DNA from: Candidatus Poriferihabitaceae bacterium
Lineage (GTDB): Bacteria; Pseudomonadota; Gammaproteobacteria; Arenicellales; Poriferihabitantaceae
Reading direction: 5' to 3'
Assembly: GCA_965206445.1 (NCBI GenBank)
Contig: CBDBJR010000002.1
Location: 2,488,280 to 2,552,279 of the forward strand
Length of the DNA: 64,000 nucleotides
Made by a program: the position numbers and the translations under genes. Shown here one piece after another: positions 10,001-20,636 of the stretch. Every line of letters begins with the position of its first letter. The stretch's first letter is position 1. The notes under the pieces were generated by a model. The model was not told where the DNA came from. It saw only the letters and a list, made by a program, of their open reading frames with translations, and ran no database searches.

Positions 10001-10138
10001 GGCGATGCGGATGGTAAATTCCGGGTCCTCAAACCGCGCCATGTCCCGATACGCCGTCCACCCGCCGACGACGACAAGCGCTATCGCAATGATGCTGAGT
10101 ACGGTGTTTTTGATTGTGAATTCGGCAATGCTAACCAA
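7088..10138 (-). CDS. RND efflux transporter permease subunit (AcrB/AcrD/AcrF family)
   Basis: 1016 aa; EDPEFTIR, YPGASP, ALGMMVDNAIVV, KNAIVLVD, RVRPVMMG. Confidence 0.93.
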   Translation of the reverse strand: MVSIAEFTIKNTVLSIIAIALVVVGGWTAYRDMARFEDPEFTIRIAQVFTAYPGASPLEVAEEVTAPLERAIQQLQEVEVVKSVSSAGVSQLNVEIKYGFSPSKADLQIVWSKLRNKIKDAERMLPPGAASPIVHDDFGDVYGTYYFITGDGYTPAELRRYARQLQSELLQVAGVAKVSLAGELREAIFIEIAQARAVTLGVSVNQIYRILEQQNAVIAAGSVDIGEQTVVIDPSGAIDSVAAIQNLLVAGAAGGKIVYLKDIATVWRGYETPPQQLIRYNGKPAIALGVAAVQGGNVVKTGQAVDSKIAESQRRRPLGIELHEYYHQGRIVDAAVGNFVLNVIATLVIVLVTLLIFMGLRSALVIGAVLLLTILATLATMQLADIPMHRVSLGALIIALGMMVDNAIVVTEGILVGVQQGRGKIDIAREVVAQTKWPLLGGTLVGIIAFAPIGFAPGDTAEYTGHLFWVVLISLLFSWVFALTLAPLFCYWLFKDAAPHAAGAGREPWFLTACRRLLHHTLRARKGVVGAVVVLFGVSVWGFQFVTPGFFPASTTPQLAVDYWLPQGTSIARTQADLKQVEQFVAALDGVNAVQTLIGGGGLRYMLIYSPESSNPAYGQILARVDDYRQIEHLLPQIQRHIRDHYPNAQAKVWRFVLGPGGGSKIEAVFKGPAPAVLRRLANQAKAIMLADGGALSVKDDWRQPVSVIEPIYAAGKGLRAGVSREDLAAALQTGFSGKTVGVYREGDDLLPIISRAPIQERHSVENIENIQVLSSATGNVVPIRQVTDGFRTVWRDSLLRREDRVWTIKAQSDPYPQALAADLFARIRPAIEAIELPAGYTLEWDGEHGNAKESNANLASTIPLGLLAMVLVVFVLFGTVRQPVVIWLVVPLALIGVVAGLLATDTPMEFMSILGVLSLSGLLLKNAIVLVDQMRVETDRGKPGHAAVIDSVISRVRPVMMGTLTTVLGVAPLFFDAFFQSMAVVLVFGLSFATVLTLVVVPALYALFFRIEPAP

Positions 10139-10212
10139 GACCGCGCCTCGATTGACCGCCCGGCGCGACGCAGGCCCACCGGCCGGTTGACAGGATGGGC
10201 AGGGGCATCAGT

Positions 10213-11298
10213 TCAGGGCGCCCAGCGTCGCACCGGCATCCCTTCCGCCAGATACGCCGCGCCGGCACCGACGATGGTTTCCCCCGGGCGCAGGCCGGCG
10301 GTGACGACGACGGTTTCCCCGATGCCGTCGCGAATGGTCACGGCGCGGCGCGCCACCTGCATGCGCTCGGTATCGACCACCCACAGATATTGCTGCTCGC
10401 CGTCGCTGATAATCGCCGCCAGCGGAACCGCAACGGCGCCGTGGTCGGCCGCGGCCTCACCCCCCGATAGCGTCAGCACCACGGTCGCGGTCATGCCGGG
10501 CAGGATCGCCAGGTCGGGCGGCGGTGCGAAGGTAAACGTCACCGCATAGGTTTGTGAAACCGCGTCGGCTTCCAGCACGGCGGCTTTGTATTCTGCCGGG
10601 ATGCGGAGGTGCGGCGCGGCATCCAGTAATATCAACGCGCTGCGATTGGGGTGCGTCGGCGCCGTGGCAACCACGCTGGCCGGCAGGTCGATGGTGGCCT
10701 CCAGTTTGTCCAGCGGGCTGATAATCGTGGCCACCGGCTCGCCGGCACCGACGGTTTGCTGCGCTTTGACCGCAACCCGGGCAACGATGCCGGTAAACGG
10801 CGCTTTGAGCACCGTATCACTCAGCGATTTTTGCGCCGAGTCCAACTGCGCCCGGGCAATGTCGCGCTGCGATTTCAGTTTTTCGAACTCGCTTTTGGAC
10901 ACCACGCGCTGTTTGAGCAACTGCGCCATGCGCTGGAAATCCTGCTCCAGATTCTCGAAGCGCACCTTGGCCGTGGTCAGTTGATTGCGATAATCGCGCT
11001 GCTCCAATTCCGCTATCACCGCCCCCGCTTCGACCGCTTGCGCCTCTTTGACCGGCAACTTCCGGATCAAACCGCCGACCTGAAAGCTCAAAGCGGACGA
11101 TTGCGCCGCGTCTATCACGGCCGGGTAGCGGCCCGGCCGGTCTGCGGTTGATGCTTCAACGGTAAGCAGTTTAACCGGCCGGACCGCCGGCTCCCCGGCG
11201 GCGGGCTGAGCGCCCTCCTCCGCGCAGGCGCCCAGCAGCAGGACGACAGCGACGACAATAGCATATCGACCGGTGGGCGGTTGGCGAGGGGTGCGCAT
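10213..11298 (-). CDS. RND periplasmic adaptor (membrane fusion) lipoprotein
   Basis: Lipobox LLGAC, RPVKL, LSFQVGG, LKAPFTG, LPGMTA; adjacent to the RND permease. Confidence 0.9.
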   Translation of the reverse strand: MRTPRQPPTGRYAIVVAVVLLLGACAEEGAQPAAGEPAVRPVKLLTVEASTADRPGRYPAVIDAAQSSALSFQVGGLIRKLPVKEAQAVEAGAVIAELEQRDYRNQLTTAKVRFENLEQDFQRMAQLLKQRVVSKSEFEKLKSQRDIARAQLDSAQKSLSDTVLKAPFTGIVARVAVKAQQTVGAGEPVATIISPLDKLEATIDLPASVVATAPTHPNRSALILLDAAPHLRIPAEYKAAVLEADAVSQTYAVTFTFAPPPDLAILPGMTATVVLTLSGGEAAADHGAVAVPLAAIISDGEQQYLWVVDTERMQVARRAVTIRDGIGETVVVTAGLRPGETIVGAGAAYLAEGMPVRRWAP

Positions 11299-11632
11299 GG
11301 TGTTTTTGCTTTGGTCGGTTTTGCCCGGGATGAAAAAAGCGGATGCCGTCGACCTCAATTCGGCTCAGGTCGGCGGGGTTATTGGCGGGTCAACGACATC
11401 GGCCGGTATTGTAACAGGCAACCGAGCGGTCTTGTCGAGCAGACGGCGTAAACCGGCGCGGGGGATCGGGTGATCAGCGCACAGCAACAAACACAGCCTG
11501 CCCGCAGTCGGCTATCCCGACTTCCGGTCACGTCGCGGCCGCGCGTCATCAATGGCGCCATTGCCGGAGGCGCGCGCCGATCGCCCGGCCCGTGTTTCCC
11601 GATAACCCCGTTTTCTCTACAATGGAGGCACG

Positions 11633-13687
11633 ATGAAGCGCCCCGGAAAAACCCCGTCACCGCCGCCGGCGCCCTTGCTGCCGGTTTTGCAGCCGCTGCG
11701 CCCGCGCCTCGACCTGCCGGCATTGGCGCTGCTGTTCGTCGCCGCGCTGCTGCTGTATGCGCTCTCCACCCCGCGCACGGTGATGCTGGAGGACGACGGC
11801 TCGTTCATCACCGCCGCCTGGTTCGCCGGCACCGCCCACCCGCCGGGCTATCCTTTCTACATCCTGCTCGGCTGGCTCAGCTCGCATCTGCTGCCATTTG
11901 GCAGCGTCGCCTGGCGGGTGCATGCGCTGAGCGGCCTGATGGGCGCGCTCACCTGCACCTGCATCGCCTGGCTGGTGCTGCGCCGGACCGGCAGCCGGCC
12001 GGCCGCGTGGATTGCCGGGGCGGCGTTTGCGGTGTCCGACCACTTCTGGTCGCAGGCCATCATCGCCGACGTCTATACCACCAACACCGCGGTCTTGTTT
12101 CTGACCCTGGCGCTGGTGCAGGAGGCGGCGGCGCGGCGCTGTACGCGGTTGTGGCTCGCCGCCGCCGCGGTATACGGGCTGGGGCTGGCCAATCACTACC
12201 CGTTGTTGATTCTGGGCAGCCCGCTACTGCTCGCCTGCATCCTGGCGGCCCGGCGGGATTTGTGGCGGCGGGCGGCCGGTTTGCTGGCGGTCGTCGTGCT
12301 GGTGCCGGCGCTGTTATACGGCTGGATGGTCTGGCGCTCGCAGCAGGCGCTGCCGGTGAGTTTTCTCGGGCCGATAGACACCTGGGGAGACGTTATCCGC
12401 TACCTCAACCGCGGCCGATACGCGCATACCGACAGCAGTGTCAACGCCGGTGTGCGCGACAAACTGCTGTTCCTGCGCTACTTCCTTGGCCAGGCGCTGT
12501 GGCAGTTCAGCCCGCTCGGTTTTGCCCTCGCCCTGTGGGGCGGGGTGGCCGCATGGCGGCGCGGTCGGCGTATGGAGACCGGGTGCGAGTTGCTGGCACT
12601 GTGCGCCAGCAGCGTGCTGCTGATTGCCCTGCTCGGTTTTGATTATGAATATCTGCGCCTCGCCATCCTGCGCCCCTACCTGCTGGTGGCGTATGCCGTA
12701 TTGGCGCTGTGGCTGGGCTACGGGGTGCATGCCCTCGGCGCAACACGGCGCGCACGGCAGCCGCCCGGGGCGCCGCTGTCGGCCCGGGTCGCACTGCCCG
12801 CATTCTATGGCGCCTGCGCCGTTATCATTATTGCGCTCGGGGTATACGGTGGCCGGACAAACTACCGGCCGCACGACGATTTCGCCCGCCAACAGGCGCT
12901 GGCACTGCTCGATATGGCGGCGCCGAACGCGGTGCTGGTGGTCGAGGGCGATGCGCTGCTGTTCCCGGCCGCCTATCTGCACACCATCGAGAATGTGCGC
13001 CCGGACCTCGACCTGCTGCACGCTTATGGTCTGGTGTTCGCGCGCAGAGTGGTCCGCTCGCCGTGGAACCGAGCGCGCAAAAACGCCGCCTGGGCGCAGT
13101 ATTTCAAACAGCTCTCCAGGCCCGCCTATCTGACCGGTAATTATCCGAAGTTTGCCGATACCGGGTATAGCAACGTCGGTTTTCTGAAACGGGGCGATCG
13201 GTCGATACCCAGGGGCGCAATCCGGGTCAAGCCGAACGAGCAGGCCAAACAGCTGTTCATCAAACTGGCCGCGATGCCGCCGCCGAAAGACACCTGGATT
13301 GCCGTCAACCGGCACAACCTGATGCGCCGATACGGCTTGTATCTGGGCCTCGGCCTGCTGTCCGACAGCCCGGAAGTCCATGCCCACATTGCCGACCTGC
13401 TGCCGCTGGCCGAGGGCAATTACTGGTCGCTGGTCGGCATTGCTTTCATGTTGCAGCACGCCCCCGGTCAGCGGGCACAAGCCGATGCCTACATGCAACA
13501 AGCGGTGCCACTGGCCACAGCGGAGCGCAGCAAACAGGAGGTCGCGTTCGCGCTCTTTGTGCAGGGCTGGATCGAACAAACCAACGGCAATGCCGCGGCC
13601 GCCCGGCACTTGTTCCGCGAATCCCTCCGCCACGACCGCAGCGATACCAACGCGGCCCACCGCAAGCTGAAGGAGCTTGACGGGTAA
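11633..13687 (+). CDS. DUF2723/TMEM260-like membrane glycosyltransferase with a C-terminal TPR-like region
   Basis: EDDGSFITAA...AHPPGYPFY, FWSQAIIADVY, GLGLANH, many TM segments, RPDL, helical tail. Confidence 0.8.
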   Translation: MKRPGKTPSPPPAPLLPVLQPLRPRLDLPALALLFVAALLLYALSTPRTVMLEDDGSFITAAWFAGTAHPPGYPFYILLGWLSSHLLPFGSVAWRVHALSGLMGALTCTCIAWLVLRRTGSRPAAWIAGAAFAVSDHFWSQAIIADVYTTNTAVLFLTLALVQEAAARRCTRLWLAAAAVYGLGLANHYPLLILGSPLLLACILAARRDLWRRAAGLLAVVVLVPALLYGWMVWRSQQALPVSFLGPIDTWGDVIRYLNRGRYAHTDSSVNAGVRDKLLFLRYFLGQALWQFSPLGFALALWGGVAAWRRGRRMETGCELLALCASSVLLIALLGFDYEYLRLAILRPYLLVAYAVLALWLGYGVHALGATRRARQPPGAPLSARVALPAFYGACAVIIIALGVYGGRTNYRPHDDFARQQALALLDMAAPNAVLVVEGDALLFPAAYLHTIENVRPDLDLLHAYGLVFARRVVRSPWNRARKNAAWAQYFKQLSRPAYLTGNYPKFADTGYSNVGFLKRGDRSIPRGAIRVKPNEQAKQLFIKLAAMPPPKDTWIAVNRHNLMRRYGLYLGLGLLSDSPEVHAHIADLLPLAEGNYWSLVGIAFMLQHAPGQRAQADAYMQQAVPLATAERSKQEVAFALFVQGWIEQTNGNAAAARHLFRESLRHDRSDTNAAHRKLKELDG

Positions 13688-13793
13688 CGGTACGATACCG
13701 GCGTTATGCGTGCGGGGGCAATCCGTTCGGGGGTTGTTGGCGGCCTGTAATGGCATGTTCATGTTGTTATGGGATGGTAACCTTTTGCCGCCT

Positions 13794-13901
13794 GCCCTCA
13801 CCCAACCCTCTCCCAAAGGGAGAGGGCTAAAGCCGACAACCGCCTTCTCCCCGGGATAACCGGAAACCCCTCTCCCTCTGGGAGAGGGCCGGGGTGAGGG
13901 C
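13794..13901. repeat. Inverted CCCTCACCC/CCCTCTCCC-type REP doublet
   Basis: GCCCTCACCCAACCCTCTCCCAAAGGGAGAGGGC ... CCCCTCTCCCTCTGGGAGAGGGCCGGGGTGAGGGC. Confidence 0.85.
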
Positions 13902-13916
13902 CGCCGCACGGCCCAA

Positions 13917-14305
13917 TCACCGCCCCGGAATCACCTTCCCAGCAGCAATGTTTGGTTTTACTTCGATACCCAGGGCGTTTTTTACACAAACAAGAGAGGC
14001 CGGGAGACAACCCCCTAAAGCCAATATTACTTTCACATCTTTTTCGCATTGTTCAGGTGAGCTATATACCTTTATCATTGCTTCCATCACGGCTTTATAT
14101 TTTACGCATTGGAAAAGTCCTCTCCGAATATCGTCTTCGTCAGATATTTCTGATTTAACTTCAACCCCAATCCAATGTTTTCTGTTTGTAAATGAAACAT
14201 CCACAGAATCACCAGACGGCAGCTTTTTCTCTGTTTCAGACTTCACTCCAAAATTAATGCCAACAACGTCAGGATGATTTTTTATGTAGTCTTTCAGTGT
14301 TTTAT
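13917..14305 (-). pseudogene. Orphan 3' copy (nuclease domain) of 14504-15376
   Basis: Differs from the full gene at 5 sites by my count; an in-frame stop lies upstream and only an internal GTG (14246) could start it. Confidence 0.8.
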
Positions 14306-14377
14306 TTCGTTCGGGGGCTGTTGGCGGCCCGTAATGGCATGTTCATGTGGTTATGGGATGGTGAAATTTTTCCGCCC

Positions 14378-14487
14378 GCCCTCACCCATACCCTCTCCCA
14401 AAGGGAGAGGGCTAAAGCCGACAACCGCCTTCTCCCCGGGATAACCGGAAACCCCCTCTCCCTCTGGGAGAGGGCCGGGGTGAGGGC
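14378..14487. repeat. Second CCCTCACCC-type REP doublet
   Basis: Near-identical to 13794-13901. Confidence 0.85.
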
Positions 14488-14503
14488 ACGCCGCACGGCC
14501 CAA

Positions 14504-15376
14504 TCACCGCCCCGGAATCACCTTCCCATCAGCAATGTTTGGTTTTACTTCGATACCCAGGGCGTTTTTTACACAAACAAGAGAGGCCGGGAGACAACCC
14601 CCTAAAGCCAATATTACTTTCACATCTTTTTCGCATTGTTCAGGTGAGCTATATACCTTTATCATTGCTTCCATCACTGCTTTATATTTTACGCATTGGA
14701 AAAGTCCTCTCCGAATATCGTCTTCGTTAGATATTTCTGATTTAACTTCAACCCCAATCCAATGTTTTTTGTTTGTAAATGAAACATCCACAGAATCACC
14801 AGACGGCAGCTTTTTCTCTGTTTCAGACTTCACTCCAAAATTAATGCCAACAACATCAGGATGATTTTTTATGTAGTCTTTCAGTGTTTTATGTTGTGGC
14901 CCTTCTCCACCTGCTTTCCCTCCCGGCGAAACACGCGACCAATCTGGCTCAGGAATGAGGGCGGGTTGCAATTCAAGACTACTTAATACTGCATCCCAAT
15001 TATCATATCTGAATATTTCTTGCAAATAGTCCTCACTGCTTTCTTGCTTCTTTTTTTCACTGAGTTCTGCAAAGCCTTTCTCCATAAACCCGCCAATTCC
15101 CTCTCCCGGGTAACTCGTATTTTTATTTACGACCAGACATTGAATACTCGGGATATCCTGGCCGCTTCGTTTGCGGGCCTCTTTTAGTTCCCTGCCGATT
15201 GAACCGAGAGAGTAGTTTAGGTTTCGATGGTGTATATTAACTTCTTGTGCCAGGTCGCCATAGCGTATCGGTTCTTTCAACTTTGCCTGGCGCACTAATA
15301 TAGGCAATATTTCTCGCGCTTTTATTTGATATGGCTTGTCGCCTTTAATACCGGATGCTTTTTCAGATGTAGCCAT
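14504..15376 (-). CDS. Putative PD-(D/E)XK endonuclease with an N-terminal winged-HTH-like domain (AT-rich)
   Basis: N-terminal IRYGDLAQEV...LGSI...LVVNKNTSYPGEG; C-terminal EKKLPSGDSVDV...VEVKS...RGLFQCVKY. Confidence 0.7.
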   Translation of the reverse strand: MATSEKASGIKGDKPYQIKAREILPILVRQAKLKEPIRYGDLAQEVNIHHRNLNYSLGSIGRELKEARKRSGQDIPSIQCLVVNKNTSYPGEGIGGFMEKGFAELSEKKKQESSEDYLQEIFRYDNWDAVLSSLELQPALIPEPDWSRVSPGGKAGGEGPQHKTLKDYIKNHPDVVGINFGVKSETEKKLPSGDSVDVSFTNKKHWIGVEVKSEISNEDDIRRGLFQCVKYKAVMEAMIKVYSSPEQCEKDVKVILALGGCLPASLVCVKNALGIEVKPNIADGKVIPGR

Positions 15377-15551
15377 CGTTTCACTCCGTACAACTATTGG
15401 TTATAAGATTTACAGGAAACAGCGTAGGCTATCGACAATATTGCCATGCACATTTCCTCTGAAGAACCGCCTGTAAACACTATCGTTTGCTGCCAACGCG
15501 ATACGCCTTAAAATGAGCTTGTCGCAACGGATGCACACCGTACCACATCCA

Positions 15552-16193
15552 CTAGCGCACGATACACAGCAGCTTAGCGGTTATCTGCTGCTGCGTGAGG
15601 TATTCAATCTCACAGATGGATTCCACCCGAAAATGGTGGCGGCGCGCCTGCTCGGCCAACTGCGGTGCCAGGTTTTTTTGCTGCCAGGCGGCGCCATTGA
15701 CCGTCACCAGGCAATCGCCGCCCGGTTTGACAGTGGACACGGCGTGATGCAGGTGTTCCAGATGCGGCGGGCCAAATCCAAATACCCCGACACATATCAG
15801 CAGGTCATAGTCCTGCAACGGCGGTTGATGGTGGATGACATCGTATTCAACCACCCGATCGTAGGCCCCGCAGCGGGCTGCCAGCCGGCGCATTTGTGCG
15901 GAAAAATCGGCGCCGTCGATGCGGCTGAAGCCGTGCCGTCGCAACGCTCTGCCCGCCAGCCCGGTGCCGCAGCCGAGGTCCAGAATCGCACTCTCCCGCG
16001 CCGGCTGTCGGGCCAATGCCGCCGCCACCACGCGCTCATGCGCGACGTAGCCGAGGCGGCCAAGCAAATCCGCTTCATAGGTCGCCGCCCAGTCGTCGTA
16101 TTCGGCCTGCTTGTCGCCGCCGGAGCGGTAGATGCGCTGCAACTGGCGGTCAAACGCGGCGGTATCGACCGGCGGGTCGTCGCTGGCGGTCAT
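15552..16193 (-). CDS. Class I SAM-dependent methyltransferase
   Basis: YDDWAATYE, ILDLGCGTGLAG, IDGADFS. Confidence 0.88.
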   Translation of the reverse strand: MTASDDPPVDTAAFDRQLQRIYRSGGDKQAEYDDWAATYEADLLGRLGYVAHERVVAAALARQPARESAILDLGCGTGLAGRALRRHGFSRIDGADFSAQMRRLAARCGAYDRVVEYDVIHHQPPLQDYDLLICVGVFGFGPPHLEHLHHAVSTVKPGGDCLVTVNGAAWQQKNLAPQLAEQARRHHFRVESICEIEYLTQQQITAKLLCIVR

Positions 16194-17548
16194 GCGGGCG
16201 TGGCTCCGGCGACCGGCGGGCGCTTGCAGGCGATCACCAGATCCATGACATTGGTTGCGGTTGGCCGCGAGACAAACAGCGCCCCGACGGCGTCCAGATA
16301 GGTGCCGGCATCGGCCGCATCGAGCGCGGCCTGCGCCGAGCGCAGATCGCGCACCGTCTGGCCGTTGACCAGGCCACCGGCGGCGTCGGTCGGGCCGTCG
16401 ACGCCGTCGGTCGCCGCCGCGATAACGTCGATCGCGCGGTGGCCGCGAATCCCGCAGGCAATCGCCAGCGCCAGCGTCTGGTTGCGCCCGCCCCGCCCCG
16501 GCCGCGGCGGCAGCACCACGGTCGGCTCGCCGCCCCAGATATACACCCCCGGCGGGCCGGCCAGCAATCGTTCGACCACCTGCGCCGCGGCGGCGCGGAC
16601 GTCCTGATGCAGCGTTTGTTGATTTTCCACCACCCGCAGCCCCCGCCGGCGAATAAAATCGGCCGCCGCCGTCCGCGCATGGCGATTCGACGCGATGATC
16701 CGCACCTCGGCATTGCCGTCACCGGGCACTGCGCCGTCGCCCACTGCAACCGGCAATGTCAGCCGCGCCGCCAGCGTCGGCGACACATCGAGCCAGGCGG
16801 GCAGGTCGAGCGCGGCGGCGGCAACCGGATACGGACAGCCGATGCCCGAGCCGATGGTTTCAATCGCGGCACCCGGCGCATCGCCCGGCACATCGCCCAG
16901 CGCGTCGTCCGGCGCATCGCCCGGCACATCGGAGATCGCCAGAATCGTCTTTCGCAGCTGCGGGTGCCGACCCAACAACCGACCGCCTTTGATCGCAGAC
17001 AACCGAATCCGCAGCCGGCTAATCTGCCCAATATCCCAGCCGTAGGCCATCAACCGACGGTTGATAGCTTGCAGGTCGTCAAGAGTCACGCCGTCAATCA
17101 GCACCTCAACCAGCGCCGATGCGCCACCGGACACCAGCACCAGCAAATGCCCCTGCGGCGGCACCGCAGCGACAAAACGCCGCACCCGCGCCCCCGCCAG
17201 CAAGCTGTTCTGATCCGGCACCGGATGCGCCGCCTGGATCACCTCAACCCCCGGATACGAACCAAGCGCCGCCGGCAACCGCCCATAGCGCGCGACCACC
17301 AATGCCGGACAGTCCCGCTCGATCCACTCCAACGCACCGAGGCACATCGCAGCCGCCGCCTTACCGATAGCCAACACAGCGTCAATCCGCTCGCACCCGG
17401 GCCGCCCGATTGCCGCCAGCGCACGGCGCGTAGTTGCACGCCCGGCAACCCGACGAACGCCGCACCACCAGGCCTGCTGCAACAACGCCGCCACCCCGAC
17501 CGATTCGTCCCCCACTGCACCCTCAACCTGCCCGTCCACGTTCACCAT
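16190..17548 (-). CDS. Glycerate kinase / hydroxypyruvate reductase (DUF4147 + MOFRL), start approximate
   Basis: IGKAAAAM, AAHPVPD, SGGASAL, SAIKGG, GGEPTV, GGRNQ, TDGVDGPTDAAG, TNVMD. Confidence 0.88.
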   Translation of the reverse strand: MVNVDGQVEGAVGDESVGVAALLQQAWWCGVRRVAGRATTRRALAAIGRPGCERIDAVLAIGKAAAAMCLGALEWIERDCPALVVARYGRLPAALGSYPGVEVIQAAHPVPDQNSLLAGARVRRFVAAVPPQGHLLVLVSGGASALVEVLIDGVTLDDLQAINRRLMAYGWDIGQISRLRIRLSAIKGGRLLGRHPQLRKTILAISDVPGDAPDDALGDVPGDAPGAAIETIGSGIGCPYPVAAAALDLPAWLDVSPTLAARLTLPVAVGDGAVPGDGNAEVRIIASNRHARTAAADFIRRRGLRVVENQQTLHQDVRAAAAQVVERLLAGPPGVYIWGGEPTVVLPPRPGRGGRNQTLALAIACGIRGHRAIDVIAAATDGVDGPTDAAGGLVNGQTVRDLRSAQAALDAADAGTYLDAVGALFVSRPTATNVMDLVIACKRPPVAGATPA

Positions 17549-17729
17549 CACCCTATTCTGCCACAAAGCCCCCATCGATTCAGCGTCAACGCCGATCAGT
17601 AGCCGCAACAACATCAACCCAACCCACCGCCACCACCAAAGCACATCACCCAAAAACAGTTAGCACCGCACCCACCAGAGTAACCGATGTGCCAAACATC
17701 AACTTCCGACATTCCCGCCCCCCTGACCA

Positions 17730-18048
17730 TTCCTAATTCCTAATTCCTAATTCTTAATTCCTAATTCCCGCCGTAGGCGGCATAATTCCCGCCGAAGGCG
17801 GACTTCCCAATTCCTAATTCCTAATTCCTAATTCCTAATTCCCGCCGCAGGCGGCATACTTCCCAATTCCTAATTCCTAATTCCTAATTCCTAATTCCTA
17901 ATTCCCGCCGTAGGCGGCATAATTCCCGCCGAAGGCGGCATAATTCCTAATTCCTAATTCCTAATTCCTAATTCCTAATTCCTAATTCCTAATTCCTAAT
18001 TCCTAATTCCTAATTCCTAATTCCTAATTCCCGCCGTAGGCGGCATAT
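17730..18048. repeat. Composite array of ~28 TTCCYAA heptamers with six CCGCC-GNA-GGCGG mini-hairpins
   Basis: Read directly; lies between the divergent glycerate kinase and ivd genes. Confidence 0.95.
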
Positions 18049-18102
18049 TGACGCCACCCCCCCCATCAGGTACTTTCCCACCTCCACCACAAAACAAACC
18101 CC

Positions 18103-19263
18103 ATGCCCGACCTCCACCTCCCGTTCGACCTGCCGGAAACGCTGCAATTGCTGCGCACCGCGGTGCGGCAGTTTGCCGACGCTGAAATTGCCCCCCGGGC
18201 GCAGGCGATTGACGCCGACAATCTGTTCCCGAACGCGCTGTGGCCACGGCTGGGCGAGCTGGGCCTGCTCGGGATTACCGTGCCGGAGGAATACGGCGGC
18301 AGCGGCATGGGCTATCTGGCGCACACCATCGCGATGGAGGAAATCAGCCGGGCGTCGGCGTCGGTCGGGTTGAGCTATGGGGCGCACTCGAATCTGTGCG
18401 TCAACCAGATTTACCGCAACGGCACGCCGGCGCAACAGCAGCGCTACCTGCCGGCACTGGTCCGCGGTGAACATATCGGGGCGCTGGCCATGTCGGAGGC
18501 GGAATCCGGCTCGGACGTCGTCAGCATGCGCCTGCGGGCGCGGCGGAAAAACGGCGGCTACGTGCTCGACGGCCGGAAAATGTGGATCACCAACGGGCCG
18601 GATGCCGACATCATCGTCGTCTATGCGAAAACCGAACCCGAGCTGAAACAGCATGGCATCACGGCATTTATCATCGAGCGCGGCTTTAACGTCAAGCGCG
18701 GCGAGAAGCTCGACAAGCTGGGGATGCGCGGCTCCAACACCGGTGAGTTGATCTTCGATCAGGTCAAGGTGCCGGAAGAAAACATCCTCGGCCACCACAA
18801 CGGCGGCGTCAAGGTGCTGATGAGCGGGCTGGATTTTGAGCGGGTAGTGCTGGCCGGCGGGCCGCTGGGGATTATGCGCGCCTGCCTGGACATCGTGCTG
18901 CCGTACGTTCATCAACGCCGTCAATTCGGTCAATCGATCGGTGAATTTCAATTGATTCAGGCCAAATTGGCGGACATGTACACGACTCTGAACGCCTGCT
19001 GCGCGTACGTCTATGCGGTTGCGCACGCCGGCGACCGCGACACCATCGCGCGCCGCGATGCGGCCGGGGCGATTTTATACAGCGCCGAGAAAGCCACTGC
19101 GATGGCGCTCGATACCATTCAAATCCTCGGCGGCAACGGCTACACCAACGAGTACGCCGCCGGCCGCCTGCTGCGCGACGCCAAACTGTATGAAATCGGC
19201 GCCGGCACCTCGGAAATCCGGCGCATGCTGATCGGCCGCGAGCTGTTCGAGCAGAGCCGATAA
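18103..19263 (+). CDS. ivd: Isovaleryl-CoA dehydrogenase
   Basis: [53 protein letters not shown]. Confidence 0.93.
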   Translation: MPDLHLPFDLPETLQLLRTAVRQFADAEIAPRAQAIDADNLFPNALWPRLGELGLLGITVPEEYGGSGMGYLAHTIAMEEISRASASVGLSYGAHSNLCVNQIYRNGTPAQQQRYLPALVRGEHIGALAMSEAESGSDVVSMRLRARRKNGGYVLDGRKMWITNGPDADIIVVYAKTEPELKQHGITAFIIERGFNVKRGEKLDKLGMRGSNTGELIFDQVKVPEENILGHHNGGVKVLMSGLDFERVVLAGGPLGIMRACLDIVLPYVHQRRQFGQSIGEFQLIQAKLADMYTTLNACCAYVYAVAHAGDRDTIARRDAAGAILYSAEKATAMALDTIQILGGNGYTNEYAAGRLLRDAKLYEIGAGTSEIRRMLIGRELFEQSR

Positions 19264-19267
19264 CCGC

Positions 19268-20491
<1,224 letters not shown>

Positions 20492-20636
20492 CCGCTATCG
20501 CCATGCCGCTCAATCCGGCTTTGCCGCAGCGTCGCACGACCGGCGCCGTTGCGGTGCGCACAACAGAGCGGCCAGCAACCACCGTGCACGACCCACAGCG
20601 CCCGGCGGCCACCCGGCACCACGACGGCCTGACAGC

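Larger units (their letters stand above)
13724..14892. repeat. ~585-bp imperfect tandem duplication (13724-14305 and 14308-14892)
   Basis: Each copy consists of ~190 bp containing a REP doublet plus the 3' ~390 bp of the nuclease gene. Confidence 0.92.

Noticed and set aside
13917-14892. Diversity-generating retroelement template/variable pair
   Set aside because: Four of five mismatches are at coding-strand adenines, but there are too few for ~390 bp of A-rich DNA. The intact gene would have to be the template, and there is no RT or Avd in the window.
17730-18048. CRISPR array
   Set aside because: The spacers are heptamer runs rather than unique sequences, and no cas genes are present.
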